Shown: positions 1 through 6,890, counted from the stretch's first letter. The stretch: 64,000 nucleotides of DNA from a virus (IMGVR_UViG_3300028048_000068:32001-96000), one strand, 5' to 3'. Program-made: numbers and translations. Notes: generated from the letters alone by a model not told the origin.

Positions 1-8
1 TATAATCC

Positions 9-34
9 AAAAAAAAGTGGGGATATACCCCACT
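9..34 (-). terminator. Rho-independent terminator after 45..398
   Basis: AGTGGGG-TATAT-CCCCACT hairpin followed by a T-run on the minus strand. Confidence 0.75.
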
Positions 35-44
35 CAACCGATAA

Positions 45-398
45 CTACTTATCGTGGACTTCCGCACGCTTGCGTCTGATTTCCTCATCACGCTTACGCT
101 TGCGTTCCTTTTCTTCGGCTTTCTCTTTTGCCTTGCGTTCCTTTTCCGCAAGGTTGTGGACGTAGTCCTCTGCGATGGCGTAACCATCGTAAGGCTCAAG
201 TCCCTTGTTTGCACCCGTAGGCACTTTGAAGTTGATAACGATGAAGTCCTCGTTACCTTCGCAACCAACACAAGGGATTGCGATTTCATTGGACTTTACT
301 CGTAAAACTTCTTCGCCACTTTCGTAGAGAAACTGCGAAACCTTTTCGAGGAAGTTAGTTCTGATTAACTCACGTTCTACTTTTCTTGATACTGCCAT
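45..398 (-). CDS. Hypothetical early protein with charged C-terminal helix; paralog of 5163..5522
   Basis: RBS AGGTAGGTG and own TTGACA/TATAAT promoter; strong similarity to 5163..5522 (shared EEVLRVKSNEIAIP.VGCEGNEDFIV...KVPTGANKG.EPYDGY). Confidence 0.85.
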   Translation of the reverse strand: MAVSRKVERELIRTNFLEKVSQFLYESGEEVLRVKSNEIAIPCVGCEGNEDFIVINFKVPTGANKGLEPYDGYAIAEDYVHNLAEKERKAKEKAEEKERKRKRDEEIRRKRAEVHDK

Positions 399-445
399 AA
401 GACACCTACCTTTCTTTTATCTCTTTATCTTACAATAGAATTATA

Positions 446-610
446 TCACTCGTTGATATACTTGTCAAGCGATTTTTTAAAATCTCTGCGAAATTTTTTA
501 TGCTGTTCTTTTTTATCACTGCGGATAGAGTTAAGGCGTGCGTGCTCACAATAATAGTGGCGTGCAAATTTATCTTCAAAAGTTTCTTTTTTGTATGCGT
601 TGCGTCTCAT
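446..610 (-). CDS. Small basic hypothetical protein, 54 aa (MRRNAYKKETFEDKFARHYYCEH...)
   Basis: Read manually (below ORF-track cutoff); RBS AAGGAGGT, upstream promoter. Confidence 0.7.
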   Translation of the reverse strand: MRRNAYKKETFEDKFARHYYCEHARLNSIRSDKKEQHKKFRRDFKKSLDKYINE

Positions 611-735
611 TGGCTTACCTCCTTACAATATAATTATACTGATATTTTGAGATAATTCAAGTTCTTTAAAAAGTACAAGATTTAGGAAAGTTTGTCTTGA
701 CTAACTCGCGCGGCGACCCGGGCCAGAAAAGTTTG

Positions 736-753
736 TTGTTAATTTATTAACAA
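736..753. promoter_or_regulatory. Rex-type operator TTGTTAA-TTTA-TTAACAA (representative copy)
   Basis: Exact match to the clostridial Rex consensus TTGTTAA-N4-TTAACAA; other copies at 1099, 1895, 2208, 3741, 4239, 5067, 7639, 7753, 7788. Confidence 0.7.
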
Positions 754-769
754 GCGACCCGGGCACGCA

Positions 770-818
770 CGAACATATGTTCGTATGGACCGGCCGCGAA
801 TGTGCGAACATATGTTCG
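770..818. promoter_or_regulatory. Two LexA (SOS/Cheo) boxes CGAACATATGTTCG at 770-783 and 805-818 (representative copies)
   Basis: Firmicute LexA consensus CGAAC-N4-GTTCG; other copies at 1930, 2888, 3780, 5102, 5140, 5824, 5864, 6311, 6654, 7773 and ~7842. Confidence 0.75.
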
Positions 819-841
819 TTTTCGTGTAAATAAAAAAAGGA

Positions 842-1030
842 CTATTCGTCCTCTTCTTCATACCATATCTTTTTTATTGTTAAGTGGTCAAGTAAATCTG
901 TTGCATCATGTATGATATAGTCTGCTACGCACTCGTTAATCATTTCCATATCATCATTTTCAAAATCTTCCATACTTTCTGCCCAACAAGTTAAATCGAA
1001 ATCAATTGTAAGTTCAATATGTCTAACCAT
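842..1030 (-). CDS. Small acidic hypothetical protein
   Basis: RBS AAGGAGA, own promoter. Confidence 0.75.
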   Translation of the reverse strand: MVRHIELTIDFDLTCWAESMEDFENDDMEMINECVADYIIHDATDLLDHLTIKKIWYEEEDE

Positions 1031-1160
1031 TTATTTTCTCCTTTCTTTATCTAATATAATTATACTTATTTACTTTTGTTTGTCAATACCTTTTTTAAAA
1101 GTTATTTTTTTCACAAACTTTGGACCGGCCCGCGGTTGACGATAACAAAGACGTGGTAAA

Positions 1161-1802
1161 TTACCACATCTTTGTTTCGAAGTTAAATCCGTCTAACTTT
1201 TCACACTCAAGCAAAATTTTGTATTCAATTTCGCTATCTGAAAGTGCCGTATGTTCTTCGACAAATTCATTGTCAAAGAAATAACGAGCGACTATTTCTG
1301 TGGTATATCTGTTGGCGTTGTTCTGTGTCAGATAACCATTAGACTTGCAAAACTCTCTATATGTTTTATCTTTCTTCAATACGTTGCGAGAGAGTGCGAG
1401 AATATCGTGAAATTCTGTGCCATAAGGGAAGAAATATCTATACTTTGAGGAAGTGATATATCTCTGTGTAGTTGCGAGTGAACAATAATCAAAACGGCAA
1501 TTATACGCATAAACTTTTGTGATGTTGTTTTCTTTCATTATATGGCGAAGTGTCCACATTATGTTTCTGAAAGAAGTTAGAGTTCTCGAACCATTTTTTA
1601 TTTCTTTCCAATATATTGGGATTTTCTCTGCAAAATATGCCGAAGCCATAAGTTCTTTATCGCAGAAAACATCTGCATTTACGAACGAATGTTTGGAATA
1701 GATTGTTCCATTGTAGTCTGCGACTATAAAACCGCAATCATATACAAGTGCGTCATCGAGTGAATTTGTTGTTTCCGTATCTATTATGAGTATCTTTTCC
1801 AT
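1161..1802 (-). CDS. DEDDh 3'-5' exonuclease (DnaQ-like)
   Basis: ExoI IIDTET, ExoII AYNCRFD, ExoIII HTALSD. Confidence 0.85.
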   Translation of the reverse strand: MEKILIIDTETTNSLDDALVYDCGFIVADYNGTIYSKHSFVNADVFCDKELMASAYFAEKIPIYWKEIKNGSRTLTSFRNIMWTLRHIMKENNITKVYAYNCRFDYCSLATTQRYITSSKYRYFFPYGTEFHDILALSRNVLKKDKTYREFCKSNGYLTQNNANRYTTEIVARYFFDNEFVEEHTALSDSEIEYKILLECEKLDGFNFETKMW

Positions 1803-1950
1803 TTTGTTTTTTCCTTTCTCTTGATTACAATATGATTATAAAGGATTTGTTTTAGGAAGTCAACCCTTTTTTATGTTTTTATATCGAAACAATTGTGTTA
1901 ATTTTTTAACAAGGCGGCCCGGGCAAAACCGAACGAGTGTTCGGCTTAGT

Positions 1951-2136
1951 TTAATCAAACTCAACATAATTATCTTCGTCTAATTGATATTCTTCAACCC
2001 ATACTTGTGAATTATTATAACCAATACCACCATTGCGATTAATTTCATCTCTTTGAAATTCTGCCATTACTTTTGAACGAGAACCCCCAAGAATAACAAC
2101 GTTATCAAGTACGCCCATAACTATATAAAGTGTCAT
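1951..2136 (-). CDS. Small hypothetical protein (MTLYIV...VEEYQLD type)
   Basis: RBS AAGGAGA before ATG at 2136; own promoter. Confidence 0.7.
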   Translation of the reverse strand: MTLYIVMGVLDNVVILGGSRSKVMAEFQRDEINRNGGIGYNNSQVWVEEYQLDEDNYVEFD

Positions 2137-2272
2137 TTTTATTTTCTCCTTTCCTTTGATATATACATTATAAACTAACATATTTATAAAGTCAAGAACT
2201 TTTTAAAAAGTTAATTTTTTAACAATCGGCGACCCGGGCGAACTTGACGCATAAAATATATGCGTCAATTCG

Positions 2273-2458
2273 TTAGTCGATTTCCTTTATAAATTCGTCT
2301 CTTTCCCATTTGAAAAAACTATTGATTAAAAATCTACAATCACAACAATCACATACTGCAATAGATTTTTTGATTTCTTCTGTTTCGGTATATGCATCTT
2401 CATCAATAATATCCTCGATGGAATAATCTGTACTGTTACATTTAGGACATTTAACCAT
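2273..2458 (-). CDS. Small zinc-ribbon protein
   Basis: CPKC...CDCC; RBS AAGGAGA. Confidence 0.75.
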   Translation of the reverse strand: MVKCPKCNSTDYSIEDIIDEDAYTETEEIKKSIAVCDCCDCRFLINSFFKWERDEFIKEID

Positions 2459-2475
2459 TTTTTATTATCTCCTTT

Positions 2476-2619
2476 CTATAAAATATGTTCATAAGTCATA
2501 TCATATTCATTACTATTTTGGTTGAGTTCTTTTAAAAGTGTTTGGGCGTCATTTTCATTTATAAATATCCAAAATATCCCTGTATCTTCTGTATGGTAAA
2601 CTATATAAACACCATTCAT
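2476..2619 (-). CDS. Small hypothetical protein, 47 aa (MNGVYIVYHTEDTG...)
   Basis: Read manually; RBS AAGGAGA; operon-like spacing. Confidence 0.65.
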   Translation of the reverse strand: MNGVYIVYHTEDTGIFWIFINENDAQTLLKELNQNSNEYDMTYEHIL

Positions 2620-2621
2620 TT

Positions 2622-2762
2622 TTAATTCTCCTTTCTAATATAAACTTTAACAATACGATAATGTTTTGAATTTAAATTACTATATTTCATATAAGTATTA
2701 TAAAAAGAATATGAGCGATATATAATTTTATGAGTGCGTCTATGTTCGATTATAAATTCCAT
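2622..2762 (-). CDS. Small basic hypothetical protein (MEFIIEHRRTHK...)
   Basis: RBS AAGGAG before ATG at 2762; own promoter. Confidence 0.65.
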   Translation of the reverse strand: MEFIIEHRRTHKIIYRSYSFYNTYMKYSNLNSKHYRIVKVYIRKEN

Positions 2763-2914
2763 TGTATTACTCCTTTCCATTACTCCTTTCTTTTGATACC
2801 TAATTATAACAATAATTTTAAATTCTGTCAACACTTTTTTATGTACTAAAATCCGTACAATCGCGCCCGGTCGTGCCCGGGCCCGCGCGAACATACGTTC
2901 GATTTATGAGTACG

Positions 2915-2937
2915 AAAAAACGGACTTGCGTCCGTTT
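2915..2937 (-). terminator. Terminator after the tRNA-like RNA and its trailer
   Basis: AAACGGAC-GCAA-GTCCGTTTTTT on the minus strand. Confidence 0.75.
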
Positions 2938-2973
2938 CTTCTGAAAGGAGGTGAAAACAATGACTCATAAAAG

Positions 2974-3053
2974 TGGTGGAGTAGACGAAGATTCGAACTT
3001 CGTTCGCTATGCCCTTGGGAGGGATATTCATAGTGGACACCTTGCCCTACCCC
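2974..3053 (-). ncRNA. 80-nt tRNA-like RNA with alanine identity (tmRNA tRNA-like-domain architecture, no canonical anticodon arm)
   Basis: GGGGTAG/CTACTCC acceptor stem with G3:U70, discriminator A plus encoded CCA; T-arm CGAAG-TTCGAAT-CTTCG; 13-nt D-loop-like segment GGCAAGGTGTCCA. Confidence 0.7.
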
Positions 3054-3095
3054 ATAAGGTTGTGGTTTTAAGGGATAACCACAAACCCTTTTGTA

Positions 3096-3425
3096 TTAAC
3101 CGAGAAAGTAACCTTTCTGCGTTCCTTTTCCCTTAACCTTTACATCGACAACCTTTACATCCTCGACTTTCTTGGCGAGTGCAGAAGCCTTGTTTACGGA
3201 AATTCCGCAGAGTTCCGCAATCTTGCTTGCGAGCATTGGCTCATCTGTAAGCACTCTCGAAATTGCTTCGATTATTGGTGCGTTAGCAATCTGTGTCTTG
3301 CTTGGACGCTCTGCCCTCTTGGCGTTGCGCACGTCGAGTTTCTCGATTGCTTCTGTGGCGAAAGTAACCATATCCTCTGTGATAGTTCCGTTGATAACTG
3401 CGTTGTAGAATTCTCTCTGTGTCAT
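3096..3425 (-). CDS. Putative winged-helix protein; paralog of 8717..9064
   Basis: MTQREFYNAVINGTITED...ASKIAELCGISVNKASALA...VKVKGKGTQKGYF; RBS AAAGGA. Confidence 0.8.
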   Translation of the reverse strand: MTQREFYNAVINGTITEDMVTFATEAIEKLDVRNAKRAERPSKTQIANAPIIEAISRVLTDEPMLASKIAELCGISVNKASALAKKVEDVKVVDVKVKGKGTQKGYFLG

Positions 3426-3468
3426 AGTACATTTTCCTTTCTTTTTTAACTCTTTAACTTGTGTCTTT

Positions 3469-3728
3469 ATTATAACTGATTTGTTTGGGTTTGTCAAGAC
3501 TTTTTTAGAACTTTTTTAATTTTTTATTCTGTTCTTTTCTATTCCTCTTGACAATTATATTGTAGCACACTTTTTAGTTTGTGTCAATATCTTTTTTATG
3601 TTTTTTTATGTTTTTCTCGCTTATACTCGCGAGGTCAAGGGAAAGGTGTTTCTGTGTCCACGCGTTGTTTCTGTTTCTTCCTTTCCCTCTGACAATTATA
3701 GTATAGCAAAAATTTAATAATCTGTCAA
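3469..3728 (-). promoter_or_regulatory. Three tandem sigmaA promoters
   Basis: TTGACA-17-TATACT (3728-3700), TTGACA-17-TACAAT (3587-3559), TTGACA-17-TATAAT (3497-3469). Confidence 0.8.
3616..3693 (-). ncRNA. Candidate small structured RNA or leader with A-rich loop
   Basis: Starts right after a promoter; 13-14 bp stem closing a 33-nt loop with three GAAAC motifs; second hairpin; no credible ORF. Confidence 0.45.
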
Positions 3729-3798
3729 CACTTTTTTCATTAGTTATTTTTTTAACAATCGCGCCCGGGCCAACGAGTGCGAACACTCGTTCGCACCC

Positions 3799-4140
3799 TT
3801 ATGCAATTGCATTAGCAACAACCTTGAGAAGTACATTTTTATACCACTCTGCATCGTGTACAATTTTGTATACATTTGCCTTATATGGTATCTGTGCCGT
3901 TACATATTTATTATGATGCCATATTTCTTTTTCAAAAGTTCTGTCAACAGTACCAACAATTTCTGCGATACCTCTGCGCACAAGCATCATCATAAGCTGT
4001 GAATTATGGGAAGCAACATACCATTTTTCGCCAAGTTCAGAAGCCGTAAATTCTTTATCAAGGAAACCATTCTTTTCAATTGCGTTGAGTGCCATTCTAA
4101 CATATCTCATATCATATTTCAGTTCTCTAATTGTTCTCAT
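3799..4140 (-). CDS. Hypothetical protein, possibly winged-helix-like
   Basis: RBS GAGGT before ATG at 4140; own promoter. Confidence 0.75.
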   Translation of the reverse strand: MRTIRELKYDMRYVRMALNAIEKNGFLDKEFTASELGEKWYVASHNSQLMMMLVRRGIAEIVGTVDRTFEKEIWHHNKYVTAQIPYKANVYKIVHDAEWYKNVLLKVVANAIA

Positions 4141-4296
4141 TGTGTACCTCACTTTCATTTTTTTATTTACTATCTCTTGACAATGTAAGTATAGCAAATA
4201 TATATGTATGTGTCAATACTTTTTTAAAAATAATTTAAAAGTTATTTTTTTAACAATTGACCGGCCGCGCGTATAAATATACAAAAAAGAGATTGT

Positions 4297-4734
4297 TTAT
4301 GCAATCTCTTTCAGTATCTCGATAATGTTATCCACATCGAACGCTGTACCTTTCCATTCTTTTCTGTTTGGTTCTTCATCATCGAAAAGTATGCCGTTTA
4401 TATCGTCAACCATCGTTGATTTTGGTGTTCCGTACTTTCCAATTTTAATTTCATCGAAGTGTACGCTTTTCAGATGATTGTTAAGCCATTCGATTTTAGC
4501 GTTGGTTACTTTTATATCGTAACTTTCGCTTGCGTTCTTTGCTAACCAAGAAACGATACCGATTTTATGTCCGTTTCTCTGTGCCTTGTTAAGAAGTCTT
4601 GCGAGTGTTGCAAGTCTTACAAGTGGTTCTGCGTCTGTGTATGGGCTTGCATCTTCATTTCTGAGTTTTGGGAGCCAATTTTCTACTGCGTAGAGATTAG
4701 CGATTGTTCCGTCCATATCGAAGTAAATTGTCAT
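4297..4734 (-). CDS. HAD-superfamily phosphatase (5'(3')-deoxyribonucleotidase-like)
   Basis: Motif I FDMDGT, conserved K, motif IV LFDD. Confidence 0.85.
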   Translation of the reverse strand: MTIYFDMDGTIANLYAVENWLPKLRNEDASPYTDAEPLVRLATLARLLNKAQRNGHKIGIVSWLAKNASESYDIKVTNAKIEWLNNHLKSVHFDEIKIGKYGTPKSTMVDDINGILFDDEEPNRKEWKGTAFDVDNIIEILKEIA

Positions 4735-4801
4735 TTTGTTTTTCCTCTCTTTCTTTCTTTGTATCTATATTATAGACTACTTTTGAGAGTTTGTCAATAG
4801 T

Positions 4802-4978
4802 TTATTTTGTTTTTTTATGTTTTTTAGCAATATCTCCAAGCATAAATATTATATCCATTGTTTTGACAATATCATATTTCTTATGTATTTCGCCAAAACA
4901 TTTAGGGCATACAATAAAATCTACATATCCAAAAGACTCATCCCAACTAGTTTCTCTTCTACAAATAGCACACTTCAT
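4802..4978 (-). CDS. Small zinc-finger protein
   Basis: CAIC...CPKC; RBS AAGGAGA. Confidence 0.7.
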   Translation of the reverse strand: MKCAICRRETSWDESFGYVDFIVCPKCFGEIHKKYDIVKTMDIIFMLGDIAKKHKKTK

Positions 4979-5133
4979 TTTGTTTTCTCCTTTCTTATTA
5001 CAATACAATTATAAACTATGAATAATCGGAAGTCAACCCCTTTTTATGTTTTTCTTTGTATTTATGTTGTTAATTTTTTCACAAGTGCGCCCGGGCCATG
5101 TCAAACATATGTTCGTTTTAATTTTGGGAATAA

Positions 5134-5159
5134 AAAAGACGAACTTTCGTTCGTCTTTT
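5134..5159 (-). terminator. Terminator whose stem is itself a LexA-type box
   Basis: AAAAGACGAAC-TTTC-GTTCGTCTTTT; CGAAC-N4-GTTCG at 5140-5153. Confidence 0.65.
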
Positions 5160-5162
5160 CGT

Positions 5163-5522
5163 CTATTCTCCTTTTTCGGAAATTACTTTCTTTTTTTCTC
5201 TAATCTCTTTGTCTTTTCGGATTTTTTCCGCTTTCTTTTTTTCGGCTTCAATTTTTTTCTGTTCTTTTTCGGCAACTTTCATTTCATAATCTTGTGCCAT
5301 TTCATAACCGTCATATGGTTCTGTGCCTTTGTTTGCACCCGTTGGAACTTTTACGGTTACAACGATGAAATCTTCGTTGCCCTCGCACCCTACAACGGGA
5401 ATTGCAATCTCATTAGATTTTACTCTCAAAACTTCTTCATCTTTTTCCAAGAAATTATCAATAATTTTCTGAAGATAATCGTTTCTTAAAATTTCTCTTT
5501 CTACTTTTCGGGATATTGCCAT
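5163..5522 (-). CDS. Hypothetical early protein; paralog of 45..398
   Basis: High similarity to 45..398; RBS AAGGAGA. Confidence 0.85.
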   Translation of the reverse strand: MAISRKVEREILRNDYLQKIIDNFLEKDEEVLRVKSNEIAIPVVGCEGNEDFIVVTVKVPTGANKGTEPYDGYEMAQDYEMKVAEKEQKKIEAEKKKAEKIRKDKEIREKKKVISEKGE

Positions 5523-5598
5523 TGTCAAATTCTCCTTTCTTTTACTTTCTATAATTATTATAGCAAAATTTTAAAAATTTGTCAAATTATTTTTTGTT

Positions 5599-5742
5599 CT
5601 ATTTTAGGAACAAAGGGATATAAAACATAATAGGAATTGAAAGAAGAAGTAAAAATCCAAAAATTCCTCTTTCGGTTTTTTCCTCAAATACTGCACAAGT
5701 AATAGCGAATATGAACCAAAGTATAAGTATAATCCAAAGCAT
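5599..5742 (-). CDS. Small membrane protein with two TM helices
   Basis: Two hydrophobic stretches; RBS AAGGAGA; own promoter. Confidence 0.7.
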   Translation of the reverse strand: MLWIILILWFIFAITCAVFEEKTERGIFGFLLLLSIPIMFYIPLFLK

Positions 5743-5880
5743 TGTTTTTATCTCCTTTCTTTTGATATACACATTATACAATAGATATAGAGGAAAGTCA
5801 ACCACCTAAACGAACATTAAGAACGAACGTATGTTCGTCTTTGCGCGCCCGGGCGACTCGGCGCGAACGTATGTTCGCAC

Positions 5881-6042
5881 CTACATCCATCTATCCATAT
5901 TGCGTTTAGTTACCTTTTCTCTTTTCTTTCTTTTATCTGTATAAACACCTGTTCTAAAAGGTATATCCTGTATTGGCTTAGTCTGCCTTACTATGTCAAT
6001 ACCCTTTATTGTTCCTACTGTTATATTCTTCTTCTTTGACAT
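5881..6042 (-). CDS. Small very basic protein, 53 aa (MSKKKNITVG...PFRTGVYTDKRKKREKVTKRNMDRWM)
   Basis: Read manually; RBS GGAGG; starts 2 nt after the stop of 6045..6197. Confidence 0.65.
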   Translation of the reverse strand: MSKKKNITVGTIKGIDIVRQTKPIQDIPFRTGVYTDKRKKREKVTKRNMDRWM

Positions 6043-6044
6043 CT

Positions 6045-6197
6045 CTATGCCCTCCCAAGATACTCAAGTCTGCGTGGCACTGTGACAATGTACCATCTCA
6101 TCACATCGGATTTACATTTACGCATCCATCTATTGCGGTCGTTCTCCTTAATGATACCGAGAACTATCATTCTGTTTACCATTTCCATCTTTGTCAT
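6045..6197 (-). CDS. Small basic hypothetical protein, 50 aa (MTKMEMVNRMIVLG...)
   Basis: Read manually; RBS GAGAGGT; upstream promoter. Confidence 0.65.
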   Translation of the reverse strand: MTKMEMVNRMIVLGIIKENDRNRWMRKCKSDVMRWYIVTVPRRLEYLGRA

Positions 6198-6333
6198 TTG
6201 TCTTTACCTCTCTTTCTTTATCTGTCTATATTATAGTCGATGCAGAAAACAATTGCAATACCTTTTTATGTTTTTCTTTGTATTTTTATACACTCACGGC
6301 CCGGGCCGACCGAACATATGTTTAATTAGAAAG

Positions 6334-6533
6334 AATAAAAATGAGGGCTTGCGCCCTCTGCGGTACCTCTACAGCGATGTATGCCCGTTTTGCCTATTCC
6401 AACCGCTACGGGATTTGGTTCACACTTATATACCGCAACGCTGAGACCCTTGCGGTGGTGGGACTTTATCAGCAAGACTTATCCGTTCTGTGTAGAACTC
6501 CCTCTTCGGTTCGGCTTGCTTCCCTCACCTTGT
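6334..6533 (-). ncRNA. Candidate ~200-nt structured non-coding RNA
   Basis: Own promoter TTGACA-17-TATAAT (6568-6540); GC-richer than flanks; several hairpins; terminator GAGGGC-GCAA-GCCCTC; no RBS-led ORF. Confidence 0.6.
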
Positions 6534-6701
6534 ATCTATATTATAGTATGAATTTGATTATTTGTCAACACTTTATTTTGTTTTTCTTTGTATTTATTTC
6601 GTTAATAAATTATTAACGAAGTCGCGCCCGGTCAATTTTAACCCGGACCGGCGCGAACGTACGTTTGATGAAGAAATAAAAAAATAAGCCTTTCGGCTTA
6701 T

Positions 6702-6890
6702 TTACTGAAGTTCAAATTCTTCGATTTCATAAAGAGGAATTCCTTCTTCATCTTCGCAGAACCAAGGATGCTCATATTCCTGATTTTCTGCTATCCACTT
6801 TTCTGCATCTTCTCTTGAGGCATATACTGCCTGTGCTTCTCTGCAACCATATTCATCATCTACCATCATGTTTACTACGTATACCTTCAT
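6702..6890 (-). CDS. Small acidic hypothetical protein (MKVYVV...YEIEEFEL type)
   Basis: RBS AAGGAGA; terminator at 6678-6703. Confidence 0.8.
   Translation of the reverse strand: MKVYVVNMMVDDEYGCREAQAVYASREDAEKWIAENQEYEHPWFCEDEEGIPLYEIEEFELQ

Larger units (their letters stand above)
700..6670. repeat. Dispersed intergenic module, ~11 copies: LexA-like box + GC-rich CCCGGG/CCGG core + Rex-like box upstream of sigmaA promoters
   Basis: Copies near 705-820, 1099-1135, 1895-1943, 2208-2240, 2841-2901, 3741-3793, 4239-4271, 5067-5115, 5824-5877, 6297-6324 and 6598-6667; not every copy has all three parts. Confidence 0.85.

Noticed and set aside
2622-2894. ORF-track extensions and ORFs crossing the repeat modules (MFARARARPG..., 3574..3786, 7663..7860)
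   Set aside because: They run through promoters and operator repeats with no RBS; real starts are downstream or the region is non-coding.
2943-2954. 16S rRNA fragment
   Set aside because: Only the 12-nt anti-SD complement matches; there is no flanking rRNA sequence.
2974-3053. Canonical tRNA-Ala or tRNA-Sec
   Set aside because: No 7-nt anticodon loop with an Ala or UCA anticodon, no normal D-arm and no long variable arm; reported as tRNA-like instead.
6334-6533. RNase P or 6S RNA
   Set aside because: Only a short AAAGTCC resemblance; it lacks the rest of the RNase P core and the long central-bubble hairpin of 6S.
700-6670. CRISPR array interpretation of the dispersed repeats
   Set aside because: The repeats are degenerate and composite and are separated by whole genes of 150-900 bp, not by constant ~35-bp spacers; no cas genes are present.
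700-6670. Classical integron (attC) array
   Set aside because: No RYYYAAC/GTTRRRY-bounded hairpins and no integrase in the window; the cassettes carry their own promoters.
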